The notes: a model not told the origin generated them from the sequence alone. Numbered from the stretch's first letter, positions 39,196-49,812 are shown. The stretch is DNA of 64,000 nt from a bacterium (GCA_021846685.1 JAJZWL010000001.1:387-64386), one strand, 5' to 3'. Numbers and translations: made by a program.

Positions 39196-39825
39196 ATGAA
39201 GATATATGATATTTCTTATGTTCTAAATAGTAAAACCCCAATATATCCTGGTAATCCTCATTTTTCTATAAAAAAAACTCAAAAACTCCCAGGGGATACT
39301 TCAAATGTATCTGAAATAACTTTTGGATCTCATTTTGCAACACATATAGATTCTCCTTATCACGTTCTTGAAAATGGAAAAAGTATAGATGAATTTCCTG
39401 CAGATAGATTTATGGGTATGTGTAATGTTTTAGACTTTACTTCAGTATTAACTGAGATTACTGAAAAAGATTTAAAGAAAAAGGATATGACCCAAAATAT
39501 AGTTCTTTTAAAAACTAGAAACTCAATAGTTGGTTTTAAGAGTTTTCATGAGGACTTCATATATATGTCAGATAGTGGAGCGAACTATCTGGTTGAAAAT
39601 AAGATAAAATTTGTGGGAACAGATGGCCCTTCTATAAAAAAGTTCAGACATCATCCTGATAAGGTGCACTCAGTTTTACTTGAAAATGACTGTTTAATAG
39701 GAGAGGGTTTAAATTTAAAGAATGTGCCAGAAGGAGAATATTTTTTTATAGGGCTTCCTTTAAAATTAGAAGGTTCGGATGCTTCTCCTTCTAGAATTAT
39801 TTTAGTAGAAAATTTATATGGATAA
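39196..39825 (+). CDS. Cyclase-family (KynB-like) metal-dependent hydrolase
   Basis: HFATHIDSPYH, LPLKLEGSDASPSR. Confidence 0.9.
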   Translation: MKIYDISYVLNSKTPIYPGNPHFSIKKTQKLPGDTSNVSEITFGSHFATHIDSPYHVLENGKSIDEFPADRFMGMCNVLDFTSVLTEITEKDLKKKDMTQNIVLLKTRNSIVGFKSFHEDFIYMSDSGANYLVENKIKFVGTDGPSIKKFRHHPDKVHSVLLENDCLIGEGLNLKNVPEGEYFFIGLPLKLEGSDASPSRIILVENLYG

Positions 39826-40738
39826 GAAAATAGCAATAATAGGATTAGGGAAAATGGGTCTTAATATAGGTTTGAACCTTAAAGAGAAGGGTATTGATGT
39901 ATTTGGATATACAGATACATCAGAAGGTTTGGATTATGCTAAGGATCAAGAATTTAAGGCATTCTCTACATTAGATGAAACTATATCTAATTTTCAAAAC
40001 AATACCAGAATTTTTTGGTTAATGGTTCCTTCTCAAGCAGTGGATGCTGTTTTGTTTTCAGAAAATGAAGGTTTAGCAAATAAGCTCAAGGAAGGGGATA
40101 TAATTATTGATGGAGGAAACTCTTATTATAAGCAATCAGTAGAGAGATATACTAAGTTAAAAGAAAAAGGTATTAATTTTATTGACTGTGGAACCTCGGG
40201 TGGAGTTGAGGGAGCTAGGAACGGAGCCTGTCTTATGATAGGAGGAGATAAAGATATTTTTGATAAAATTGAATGGGTTTTTGCTTCTGTTGCAGAAGAA
40301 AATGGATTTGGATATATAGGGCCTTCTGGCTCAGGACATTATGTAAAAATGATACATAATGCTATTGAATATGGAATGTTACAATCAATTGCAGAAGGAT
40401 TAAATTTAATTACAAATGGTAAATATGAGAATGTAGATATGAAATCGTTATTAGGGGTTTGGAATCACGGAAGTATAGTGGAGTCCTATCTAACGAAGAT
40501 ATTAGAAAAACAACTTGAAATATACCCCAATTTGGACGAAATTGCCCCTATTGTAGACGACAATGGAGAGGGTGCTTGGACTATAGTTGAGGCTATTGAA
40601 CAAAAAGTTCCATTAGCGAGTGTTTCGCTGGCCTTATTTGAAAGATATTCTTCTAAGGGGAATGATGATGATGCTAATAAATTTATATCATTAATGAGGA
40701 ATGGATTTGGCGGACATAAAATTACAAAAGAAAATTAA
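39818..40738 (+). CDS. gnd: 6-phosphogluconate dehydrogenase, decarboxylating (short type)
   Basis: GLGKMG, IDGGNS, DCGTSGG, GHYVKMIHNAIEYG, RNGFGGH. Confidence 0.95.
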   Translation: MDKKIAIIGLGKMGLNIGLNLKEKGIDVFGYTDTSEGLDYAKDQEFKAFSTLDETISNFQNNTRIFWLMVPSQAVDAVLFSENEGLANKLKEGDIIIDGGNSYYKQSVERYTKLKEKGINFIDCGTSGGVEGARNGACLMIGGDKDIFDKIEWVFASVAEENGFGYIGPSGSGHYVKMIHNAIEYGMLQSIAEGLNLITNGKYENVDMKSLLGVWNHGSIVESYLTKILEKQLEIYPNLDEIAPIVDDNGEGAWTIVEAIEQKVPLASVSLALFERYSSKGNDDDANKFISLMRNGFGGHKITKEN

Positions 40739-40755
40739 TATTATTAAAAAAAATT

Positions 40756-41418
40756 ATGAAAATATTTATAGATAGTGCTCAAATAGAAGAAATAAAAGCT
40801 TTAGAAGATTTAGGTGTAATTTCTGGAATTACAACTAATCCTACTTTAGCTTCTGTAACTGGGAAGAAATTTAAAGATTTAGTATCTGAAATTTTCACAA
40901 CTTTATCTAAAGATAGAATAATAAATCTTGAAGTTATAGCAACTGATTATGACACAATACTTATACAGGGAAGAGCTCTTGCCGCTTTAGACGAAAGGGT
41001 TGTTGTTAAAATTCCTTGTATTCCGGAGGGATTAAAAGCTTGTAAAACTTTATCTGAAGAAGGAATAAGGGTTAATATAACTCTAGTATTTTCTCCAATG
41101 CAAGCACTATTGAGTGCTAATGCAGGGGCATATTTTGTATCTCCTTTTGTTGGAAGATTGGATGATATTGCTATGGATGGAATGGAGACTGTTTCTGAAA
41201 TAGTTAAGATATATAGGACTTATGATTATAAAACGCAAGTCTTATTTGCTTCTGTAAGGTCAGTAGAACATATAAGGTTGGCTGCACTTGCTGGTGTAGA
41301 TATAGTAACATCTCCTTATAAATTAATAATGGAGATGTATAAGCATCCTTTAACAGATACAGGTCTAACCCAATTTTTAGAAGATTGGAATAATGCCAAG
41401 GAGGAATTTATAGTATGA
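40756..41418 (+). CDS. tal: Transaldolase / fructose-6-phosphate aldolase family
   Basis: GITTNP, VVKIP, SPFVGRLDD, HPLTDTG. Confidence 0.9.
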   Translation: MKIFIDSAQIEEIKALEDLGVISGITTNPTLASVTGKKFKDLVSEIFTTLSKDRIINLEVIATDYDTILIQGRALAALDERVVVKIPCIPEGLKACKTLSEEGIRVNITLVFSPMQALLSANAGAYFVSPFVGRLDDIAMDGMETVSEIVKIYRTYDYKTQVLFASVRSVEHIRLAALAGVDIVTSPYKLIMEMYKHPLTDTGLTQFLEDWNNAKEEFIV

Positions 41419-41849
41419 AGATTTATATAGCTTCTGACCATAGAGGTTTTGAGTTAAAAACGAGTATTATAGAGTATTTAAAGACAAAAGAGATGTCAGT
41501 AGAGGATTTAGGGCCATTTAAATATGATTCAGAAGATGATTATCCACTTTTTGCTCATAAAACTGCAAATAAAGTATTAGAAACTAAGAACTCATTTGGA
41601 ATTCTTGTTTGTGATACTGGGTTGGGAATGGATATTACCGCAAATAGACATAAAGGGATAAGGGCTGCTTTATGCATAGATTCATTTTTTGCCTATAGAG
41701 CAAGATTGCACAATAATGCAAATATACTTGTACTTTCTGCGGAATATGATAAATTAGATTTCAAAGAAATAATAGTTACATTTTTCCATACAGAGCATTC
41801 CTTAGAGCCTAGACATAATAGACGTATAAAGGAGATAGATCAATTATGA
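41415..41849 (+). CDS. rpiB: Ribose-5-phosphate isomerase B
   Basis: SDHRG, DDYP, CDTGLG, HNNAN, RHNRR. Confidence 0.93.
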   Translation: MKIYIASDHRGFELKTSIIEYLKTKEMSVEDLGPFKYDSEDDYPLFAHKTANKVLETKNSFGILVCDTGLGMDITANRHKGIRAALCIDSFFAYRARLHNNANILVLSAEYDKLDFKEIIVTFFHTEHSLEPRHNRRIKEIDQL

Positions 41850-42454
41850 TAATACCTGCTATATTAGAAAAAAATAAAGAATCCTTATTAAAAAGGATAA
41901 ACGAAGTAAAAGATTTTTCTCCTGTTGTTCATATTGATATTATGGATAAAACATTGACAAAGGATAACACTCTTTCAATTTCAGACATCCCCCTTGGACT
42001 TCCTGTACTTATAGAATTGCACTTGATGATCAATACTCCAAGTATATATTTAAATTATATGAGAAAATTATCTCCATATAAGATAATTGTTCATTCTGAA
42101 AGTGATATTTTTGAAAAAGAAGTAAGTATTTTAAGCAACTATTTTAATGTTTATGGAGGTGTAAATATAGGTTCTTCTTTAAAAGACGTAATTTCGTTAA
42201 AAGATGTACTTTCTGGGATTTTATTGATGTCTGTTGATATGGGGGCTTCTGGAGAAAGTTTTAATACAAAAGTTTTTGATAAAATAAAAGAAGCTGCTGT
42301 AGATTTTACAAATATTGAACTAGATGGTGGTATTAGTAAAGATAATATATCTAAATGCAGTATTCTCGGAGTAAATGATTTCGCAATTCATACAGCTCTA
42401 TATTCAAGTCAGAATATAGAGAAAGAGTATATAGAGTTGGGAGATATTATATAA
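41846..42454 (+). CDS. rpe: Ribulose-phosphate 3-epimerase
   Basis: HIDIMD, HLMI, MSVDMG, LDGGI. Confidence 0.88.
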   Translation: MIIPAILEKNKESLLKRINEVKDFSPVVHIDIMDKTLTKDNTLSISDIPLGLPVLIELHLMINTPSIYLNYMRKLSPYKIIVHSESDIFEKEVSILSNYFNVYGGVNIGSSLKDVISLKDVLSGILLMSVDMGASGESFNTKVFDKIKEAAVDFTNIELDGGISKDNISKCSILGVNDFAIHTALYSSQNIEKEYIELGDII

Positions 42455-42503
42455 TTTTAATAAACTTCTCAAAGTTTAATTCATAGAATGCTTATATGAT
42501 GAT

Positions 42504-43898
42504 TTATTGCCAATACCTAGAGTCTTGTTCTATAAATGTATCTGTATTACTAGGCCCTTTAGATTCTTTTTGATAAATTAAAGGTTCTTTTTCTTTTATA
42601 TCATCTTCTATTTCATCAACTAATCTCCATGCGTTATCTATTTCATCAGATCGTGTGAAATTAATTTGATTTCCTAAAATACAGTCTATTAATAGTTTCT
42701 CATATTCACTTTTAAGTTCTCTGAAAAAATTAGAATAACGATAGACCATATCTATATCAGATAGCATATAGTCAGAGATAGAAGGGACTTTCCCTAAAAG
42801 TTTTAACTCAATTCCTAATTCTGGTTGAATTAAAAATTTTAATACATTTGGGTTGTTTTTTTCTTTAAATAAATTAGGTTCATTTTCTTTGAATACTACT
42901 GAAATCTCAGTTCTTTTTTCATTTAAATATTTCCCAGTTTGTATATATATCGGTGTATTTTCCCATCTTTTTGAATTGATATCTAATTTAACTGCAATAA
43001 AAGTCTCTCTTTTGGAGTTTTTATCTACATTATCTTCATCTCTATATCCGTCATATTGCCCCTTAAGGCTAGATTTGTAGATTAAAGTTTTTAATATATT
43101 ATTTTTTTCTTCTCTTATATATTCTTCTGTAAATTCCTTTGGTCTGTCCATAGTCAAGATGGAAAGCATTTGAAGTATATGATTTTGAAAAACATCTACT
43201 AAGGCTCCATTTGCATCATAGAAAGACCCTCTATCTTCTACTCCGATATCTTCTAGTACTTTAATTTGAATATTATCTATGTATTTACTACTCCAAATAT
43301 TTTCAAAAGAATTATTAGCAAATCTAAATGAGAATATATTTTGAATAGGTTCTTTCCCTAAATAATGGTCTATTCTAAATACCTGTTTTTCTTTAAATCC
43401 AGAGAGTATTGTTTTATTTAGTTCAATAGCACTTTCAAGGTTATTTCCAAAGGGTTTTTCTAAGACTATTCTAGTAAAGGTAGAATGTTCTTCACATGGA
43501 ATATTAAACTGTGCCTCAATTAATGCTTGTATTACATCTTTATATATTACAGGAGGAAGTGCGAGATAAAGTATTTTAGAAGAACAAGTTTTATCTAAAT
43601 TATTTTTTAATAGTTTCAACTCCTCTTTTTTTGTAAAATCACATTGAATATATTCAATTTTATTATAAAAAAGATCTCTTTTCTGAGAGGGGTTTATTGT
43701 ATCGTTAAATTTTGAACAAAATTCACTGTTTGATAAATCCTGCCTTCCTAATGCAATAATATTGAATTTTTCCTTAAAAGAAAAGTCATCATATAGATTA
43801 TATAATGCTGGAAATAATTTTTTATGAGCCAAATCTCCTGTAGCTCCTAGGATAATAAGATCAATACTTGTTTTTAAATTTTTATTGCATTTATTCAT
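42504..43898 (-). CDS. zwf: Glucose-6-phosphate 1-dehydrogenase
   Basis: GATGDLA, EKPFG, RIDHYLGKE; likely start 43898 overlapping the pgi stop. Confidence 0.96.
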   Translation of the reverse strand: MNKCNKNLKTSIDLIILGATGDLAHKKLFPALYNLYDDFSFKEKFNIIALGRQDLSNSEFCSKFNDTINPSQKRDLFYNKIEYIQCDFTKKEELKLLKNNLDKTCSSKILYLALPPVIYKDVIQALIEAQFNIPCEEHSTFTRIVLEKPFGNNLESAIELNKTILSGFKEKQVFRIDHYLGKEPIQNIFSFRFANNSFENIWSSKYIDNIQIKVLEDIGVEDRGSFYDANGALVDVFQNHILQMLSILTMDRPKEFTEEYIREEKNNILKTLIYKSSLKGQYDGYRDEDNVDKNSKRETFIAVKLDINSKRWENTPIYIQTGKYLNEKRTEISVVFKENEPNLFKEKNNPNVLKFLIQPELGIELKLLGKVPSISDYMLSDIDMVYRYSNFFRELKSEYEKLLIDCILGNQINFTRSDEIDNAWRLVDEIEDDIKEKEPLIYQKESKGPSNTDTFIEQDSRYWQ

Positions 43899-45198
43899 GT
43901 ATATATTTATTAAGATATTTTTTTTGTTTTTCAAATTCGGGTTTAGATAGTAGAGCATACATATATTCTTTCCCCTTTTCAACTCCAGGTTGATTAAATG
44001 TATCTATATTAAAAAGGTTTCCTAAATAGGAGACTGCCATTTCGAAAAAAAAGAATAATTCTCCCAAGCTCTTTTCATCAATACTATCTATAAAAATAGT
44101 CCCATTTGCCCTATTATTTTCAGTTAATGATATACTTGTGGCTAATCTTTCTTTTTTTATAATACTTTCAAAAGATACTTTATTTAAATAGGACACATTG
44201 GGAAGTTCTGTTTCTATTTTTATTTTACTATCAAAATGTTCTGGAATAATAAAGGTAATAGTTTTATCATTAGGGCCCTCATTGTATAGTTGTATTTGTG
44301 AATGTTGGTCAGTAGATCCCAAAGAGGCAATAGGTGTTATTCCTGCAAATATTTCTTTTCCTGTAATAGACATTTTTTTACCTAAACTCTCTGCCCATAA
44401 TTGTCTATACCAAAAGCCAAAACGTTCTAGTCTTTTTGAATAGGGCATTAGTACAGATATATTTTTTTGCAATTTTTCAAAAGAAAGATATTGTAATTCT
44501 GCAAAGACTAATGCCTCATTATATTCTGGATTTAGACTATTGGTTTTTTCATCTATTTCTATTGCTCCTTTAATAATATTATCTATATTAACGCCTATAA
44601 CATCTGCAGTTAATAATCCTATCACAGAGAGAACAGAGAACCTATCTCCTACATCTCCTACTCCTTCAATTACACTTATTTCATATTCACTTGCAATATC
44701 TCTAAGAGTACTTTTTTTCTCAGATGTAGTAATTGTTATGTGATTTTTAATATTTTCTTTCCCAAATTTATTTTCAAGAACGCCTTCTATATAGAGAAAA
44801 TTTGCAATAATCTCTATTGTTTCTCCTGACTTAGAAATTATATTAAATAAGGTTTTTTCCAAAGAAAGATTCTCAAAAAAATCTTTAAGCTCATCAGGGT
44901 CAGTGTTTGCTCCTATAAATAGAACATTTATTCCTTTATTGTTTGATTTAAGTGCATTTACTATAGTTCTTGATCCTAGATCAGAGCCACCAATCCCTAC
45001 TACTACATAATTTTCATATTTTTCTCTAATCTCTTTTCCTAAATTTTTAATCCAAGTGACATCACTGTAGATAAGGTTTCTAAAAGTTAAATCATCTTTA
45101 TTAAAGTTTTGAATTTTTAATTTAAATAAATCCTCCTTTTTGAAAATATTATTTTTTATTTGAGGAGATAGCATGTTTGAGTAATCGTACCTTAACAT
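43891..45198 (-). CDS. pgi: Glucose-6-phosphate isomerase
   Basis: GIGGSDLG, SKSGET, QLWAESLGK, DQHSQIQ, QPGVEKGK. Confidence 0.96.
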   Translation of the reverse strand: MLRYDYSNMLSPQIKNNIFKKEDLFKLKIQNFNKDDLTFRNLIYSDVTWIKNLGKEIREKYENYVVVGIGGSDLGSRTIVNALKSNNKGINVLFIGANTDPDELKDFFENLSLEKTLFNIISKSGETIEIIANFLYIEGVLENKFGKENIKNHITITTSEKKSTLRDIASEYEISVIEGVGDVGDRFSVLSVIGLLTADVIGVNIDNIIKGAIEIDEKTNSLNPEYNEALVFAELQYLSFEKLQKNISVLMPYSKRLERFGFWYRQLWAESLGKKMSITGKEIFAGITPIASLGSTDQHSQIQLYNEGPNDKTITFIIPEHFDSKIKIETELPNVSYLNKVSFESIIKKERLATSISLTENNRANGTIFIDSIDEKSLGELFFFFEMAVSYLGNLFNIDTFNQPGVEKGKEYMYALLSKPEFEKQKKYLNKYIHE

Positions 45199-45310
45199 TA
45201 TTAAAAATAAACTAAACTAACTAAAATATTATAAAGAGTTATATTTTTTTTATCAAATATCTTTATTTATAAAATAAATTTGTAGTATAATAGAAAATCT
45301 TTATAAGGCA

Positions 45311-45937
45311 ATGGATTTTATGGAAAATATAAATAGAGGAGAAATTAGTCTTGAAGAGGCGGGTTTAAAAACTTTAAAAGAAAGATGGGGGGTATCTAGA
45401 AAGAAATTTCAGAATATCTTTTATTTTATAAATAGGAATAAGCTATTTTCAGAAGAATTTCCTAACTCTGGTTTAGTAGACAAACTTTTTCGACCTAGGA
45501 GTCCTATTTTTTTTTCTAGGTTTAGAGATGGCGATATTGAGGTTTGCAGTTCAACAGATATGAAATTCATAAGGGTAGAAAATGATAATGTTGATGCAAA
45601 TCATAAAGAAATTATCGAATTTCAATATCCTAGAAAGCTTCCTATTTTTCAAACAGAATTAGCTAGGTTACCTTTTAAAATTGTACCAGTAGATTTGTTC
45701 CAAAAAACTTTTTTCATAGGGATAACTCTTTGTGATAAAGATACTGGAGAAATTAAAGAAGATAAATTAATTGCTTATTCTAAGCATGTGGAAGGTTTTT
45801 ATAAGATGTCTAGTAATGCTGAGAATCCAAATGAATTAGAATTTCCTTTTTTCCTGGAAGGAAGAGATATAGCTCAGGCTTTGAATGCATTAGATACATT
45901 GGATAGTGTTTTTACTTATTTCAGGCCATCTTTATAA
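45311..45937 (+). CDS. Hypothetical protein
   Basis: 208-aa ORF with upstream TATAAT; no recognised motif. Confidence 0.65.
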   Translation: MDFMENINRGEISLEEAGLKTLKERWGVSRKKFQNIFYFINRNKLFSEEFPNSGLVDKLFRPRSPIFFSRFRDGDIEVCSSTDMKFIRVENDNVDANHKEIIEFQYPRKLPIFQTELARLPFKIVPVDLFQKTFFIGITLCDKDTGEIKEDKLIAYSKHVEGFYKMSSNAENPNELEFPFFLEGRDIAQALNALDTLDSVFTYFRPSL

Positions 45938-45946
45938 TAAGTATTG

Positions 45947-46879
45947 TTATTTGATCTTCTTATTTTCAAATAATATATGTAAACGTCTATATCTGCCATG
46001 TTCATGTTTTTCTTGTATATACTTTTCAATTCCAGAAAGAGCTTTGGTAGCTATTTTTAGAATAATAATATCATCTGAATTAATTTCTGTTTTTGAATCA
46101 TCTATTATCCTTTCTAGTACAGGTATAGGATTTTCCCCTCTATTTTTTTTTGAAAATTTAATTAGTAATTTATTTGAAAATTTAAGTGCCAGAATGTTAT
46201 TTATAAGACCATTTGCTCCATAGTAACTGATAGCAATTCCTTGGGTATCTCTTTCATTCTCATTTTTTGCAGTAGCATTTTTTGCTGAAACCACACAATC
46301 TCTACTTAATAGCGTCATCCTTTTATTAAATTCTGTATCTTTAGGGATTTTCGTAAAAATGTTATCGAATGTAGAAGACAATTGGGCCATTCTTTGTATT
46401 TTCTCTGTCTTTTTTAATTCTATTGAGTCTTGTAATTGGCAAATGAGATCTATTCCTACGTCAAGAAAGGTATGTTCATCTTCTAATATTCTAGCTTTAT
46501 CATTATATCCCTCAGATTCATACGTTGAAGAGAGGTGTGTTTCTTTTTGAAGAGATATGTTTTGATCTTCGATTTCTCTGGTGATTTCTATAGGTTCAGA
46601 ATTCTTTTTTGTTATTACAATATGTGTTTTTGCATAACTCGGGTTTATGTATTCAAAGTCAACTTGTTGCACTATATTCCCCAAAGGGTCTCTTTTTTGC
46701 GTCGTTCTAACAGTATAATAGTTTTTTTTGTCAAATATTGTTCTAACAGTCTCTGTATCTTGGATAGATAAAAAAATATTTTGAAAGATAGAGTCAATTC
46801 TATCAAATTTTTCTTCTCTTGCCCGTTCTGTATATTCTAAGATTGTGGGAGGAATACCTTCAATATCCATAGACAGCAT
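45947..46879 (-). CDS. Hypothetical protein with possible internal duplication
   Basis: 310-aa ORF; two similar halves. Confidence 0.7.
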   Translation of the reverse strand: MLSMDIEGIPPTILEYTERAREEKFDRIDSIFQNIFLSIQDTETVRTIFDKKNYYTVRTTQKRDPLGNIVQQVDFEYINPSYAKTHIVITKKNSEPIEITREIEDQNISLQKETHLSSTYESEGYNDKARILEDEHTFLDVGIDLICQLQDSIELKKTEKIQRMAQLSSTFDNIFTKIPKDTEFNKRMTLLSRDCVVSAKNATAKNENERDTQGIAISYYGANGLINNILALKFSNKLLIKFSKKNRGENPIPVLERIIDDSKTEINSDDIIILKIATKALSGIEKYIQEKHEHGRYRRLHILFENKKIK

Positions 46880-47040
46880 AGTACTACATCTCTATAGGCT
46901 AGTCAATATATTCTATATAACTTTTATATTAAGATTAAGTATATTCTTGTTATGTGCTATAATATCCAACAATATGTCTATATAAATAGATTGTTGAAGA
47001 TCCTTGAAGTATAAGGTATAATCAAGTTTGTAAAAAAATT

Positions 47041-47223
47041 ATGAAGAGAACATATCAACCAAAAAAATTAAAAGCACTCAGGAAATTAGGATATCTTAAG
47101 AGAAGTGCATCTCATTCAGGCAGGAATGTTTTAAAACGAAGAAGACTGAAGGGTAGAGAAGTATTGACTATATCTGATATTTTCAGGAAGATAGGAAAAA
47201 AACCTAGAAATAAGATAAGATAG
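47041..47223 (+). CDS. rpmH: 50S ribosomal protein L34
   Basis: MKRTYQP...[13 protein letters not shown], with a C-terminal extension. Confidence 0.95.
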   Translation: MKRTYQPKKLKALRKLGYLKRSASHSGRNVLKRRRLKGREVLTISDIFRKIGKKPRNKIR

Positions 47224-47227
47224 ATTT

Positions 47228-47566
47228 ATGTTACCTGCTGAAAACAGACTTAGAACTGGATACTTAAAAATTTATAAAGATAAAAAAAAGGTATCAAATA
47301 AATATTTTTTACTTTTTTATAAAGAAAATAATTTATCCTTTTCTCGTTTTGGTTTTGTGGTAAGAAAAAAGCTTGGGAAAGCTTTCTTTAGAAATAAGGT
47401 TAAAAGACGTTTTAGATTTGCAATTAGAACAGAAATTGATAAGATAAAACCTGGCTTTGATTTTATTTTTTTAATAAATCACAATTTTCAAGATTGGGAA
47501 AATGTATCATATCTTGAGATTAAGAAAAATATATTTGAAACTTTAAAAAGTATAGATAAAATATGA
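47228..47566 (+). CDS. rnpA: Ribonuclease P protein component
   Basis: RFGFVVRKKLGKAFFRNKVKRR. Confidence 0.93.
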   Translation: MLPAENRLRTGYLKIYKDKKKVSNKYFLLFYKENNLSFSRFGFVVRKKLGKAFFRNKVKRRFRFAIRTEIDKIKPGFDFIFLINHNFQDWENVSYLEIKKNIFETLKSIDKI

Positions 47567-48414
47567 ATATTTTAACAACAATAGGTGGATTTTTTGTTTT
47601 ACTTTGGAATACAGTTCTATTTAATCCTATTATAAATATATTTGTATTTTTCTATAAAATTTCTGGTTCTAATTTAGGATTAGCAATTATAATTATAACG
47701 ATTCTTCTAAGAATTATTCTGTGGCCTCTATTAAAATCTCAATTAGCTTCCACTAAAAATATGCAAAAAATTCAGCCTAAGCTGGCTGTTATTCAAAAAA
47801 AATATAAAAAAGATATTGTCAAACTTAGAGAAGAGCAGATGAAGATTTTTAAAGAAGAAGGTGTTAATCCTTTAGGAAGTTGTTTTTCTCTTGTAATCCA
47901 ATTACCTATTCTTTGGGGTGTATATGAGGCAATTTTAGCAATGTCTCAACATAAAGCTTCATATTTGAATAAAATAATGTATTCATCTTTCTTACATTAT
48001 CCTGCTAATTATCATTATAATTTAAATTTTTTAAATATTAATGTAGGAAAAGATGCGATGACTGTAGGTATTTTTACAGTAGGGGCTTTAAGTTATATAG
48101 TATTATCTTTATTAGTTGGATATTCTCAATATTTAGTATCTAAAGTATCACTTCCAGGAATGACAAATGAAATAGCTGAAGAGAAAACAGAGATAGAGCT
48201 AAAAGAGACTTCAAAAGGAGATAAAAAAGCATTAGACGTTGATCCTACTGCATTCAGTGGAATGATATCTAAACAACTATTATACTTAATGCCAGTATTA
48301 CTTTTGGTTATTTCCTTGGGTATTTTAGGCCCTATTCCTGCTGCGCTTTCAATTTATTGGGCAGTTCAATCTTTTGCTATTTATATTCAGACAAAATTAT
48401 TTTTTAGAAAATAA
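47563..48414 (+). CDS. yidC: Membrane protein insertase YidC
   Basis: GLAIII, GVNPLGSC, IQLPIL, LSIYW. Confidence 0.93.
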   Translation: MNILTTIGGFFVLLWNTVLFNPIINIFVFFYKISGSNLGLAIIIITILLRIILWPLLKSQLASTKNMQKIQPKLAVIQKKYKKDIVKLREEQMKIFKEEGVNPLGSCFSLVIQLPILWGVYEAILAMSQHKASYLNKIMYSSFLHYPANYHYNLNFLNINVGKDAMTVGIFTVGALSYIVLSLLVGYSQYLVSKVSLPGMTNEIAEEKTEIELKETSKGDKKALDVDPTAFSGMISKQLLYLMPVLLLVISLGILGPIPAALSIYWAVQSFAIYIQTKLFFRK

Positions 48415-48613
48415 TACTTAAAAAAACTTAGTATTCCTAACTAGTCTCAATTATTACCTTTTATAGATTTTTCTGTTCTGAGTTCTGTATATTTACATAA
48501 TTTATTGATACCCGTATATCTATTCACAATTTTATCTGATTTTTGTAAGTCTCATAGAAATATGAATCACAAAAGTTTGACGACCATATATGTATGATGT
48601 AATAATTCATATT

Positions 48614-48862
48614 ATGATTAGAACTCAAATTTATATACCTGAAAATTTACACAAAAAACTTATATATCTAGCTAAGAAAAAAAATAAATCTATGGCTGAG
48701 TTCATTCGTCTTTTTATCGAAGAAGGACTGAAAAGAGATGACACATTAGATATTAGTGGTAAAGATGTATTAAGGAAGATATCTCTTATGAACTTTACAG
48801 GAGGAGATAAAAACTTGTCTTCTAAAATAGATGAAATTGTATATAGTAATGAAGAAAAATAA
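48614..48862 (+). CDS. Ribbon-helix-helix (CopG/VapB-like) orphan antitoxin
   Basis: MIRTQIYI...SMAEFIR, LSSKIDEIVY tail. Confidence 0.75.
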   Translation: MIRTQIYIPENLHKKLIYLAKKKNKSMAEFIRLFIEEGLKRDDTLDISGKDVLRKISLMNFTGGDKNLSSKIDEIVYSNEEK

Positions 48863-49065
48863 GTGTGTTATTTTAAAATAAATTTCAAATCTTTCCTGAT
48901 TTGTAACATTTAGTATGTTTTTTTGTAAGTTTTAGAATAATGTACATAACAAGTAGTATTATACTTTTAGGCCTTGGAAATTTACTGCATGAGACACTTA
49001 TTATCCTGCCATATCAATATTCCTGTTTTAATTAATTTAATCTTGGACTTTTGATTTATTGTCTA

Positions 49066-49812
49066 TTAAATTTTATCGAAATGAATTTGATTTAAAGAAA
49101 AAAGGTATTTCCAATCTTCAAACATTAGGTCTTGGGCTCTTTTATCTTTAAATTTATCCAAATTAAAATTAACAAGAACATTAGACAATTTTTTTCTTGG
49201 ATTTGAAAACCCTCTATTTATAAAACCTTCAAATTCTTTTTGTTCTTTATTATATTTATATATATTTTTAATATATATAATTTGCGAATCAACCTTTGGA
49301 ATAGGGTAGAAATTATCTTTTTTAATTAAATCTCCCTTTTCTACATTTTCTGCATATATCCTTAAAGTATTATATAATTTTTCTCCTGGAGTAGAATATT
49401 TTTCTGCAACTTCTTTTTGTAATATTACATAGATATTATTTGCTCTAATCTTATTTTTTAAAAAGAGAGATATGATATCTTTTGATATATAGTATGGGAG
49501 AGCTGAAATTAGTGAGAAATTTAAATAAGGGATGGTTTCAAAATTATATTTTAATATATCTGTATTAATTATCTCTATCTTAGGAAATTTATTTACCAAT
49601 AAAGGTATTAATCTTTCATCTTTTTCTATACAAGTAATATTATGAGTCTTCTTTAATATATCTTCAGTTATAAAGCCCTTTCCAGGTCCAATTTCAAGGA
49701 TATTTTCGTCCTTTTTAAGATATTTTAGAAGTTTTTCGACAAAAGACTTATTTAATAGAAAATTTTGACCTAAATTTTTCTCTGGTTTAGTATTAAAATA
49801 TATTTTTTGCAT
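49066..49812 (-). CDS. rsmA: 16S rRNA adenine dimethyltransferase
   Basis: LGQNFL, LEIGPGKG, LPYYIS, PKVDS. Confidence 0.93.
   Translation of the reverse strand: MQKIYFNTKPEKNLGQNFLLNKSFVEKLLKYLKKDENILEIGPGKGFITEDILKKTHNITCIEKDERLIPLLVNKFPKIEIINTDILKYNFETIPYLNFSLISALPYYISKDIISLFLKNKIRANNIYVILQKEVAEKYSTPGEKLYNTLRIYAENVEKGDLIKKDNFYPIPKVDSQIIYIKNIYKYNKEQKEFEGFINRGFSNPRKKLSNVLVNFNLDKFKDKRAQDLMFEDWKYLFSLNQIHFDKI

Noticed and set aside
38093-45198. Absence of dnaJ after dnaK and of transketolase from the PPP cluster
   Set aside because: Both are often encoded elsewhere; cannot be judged from one window
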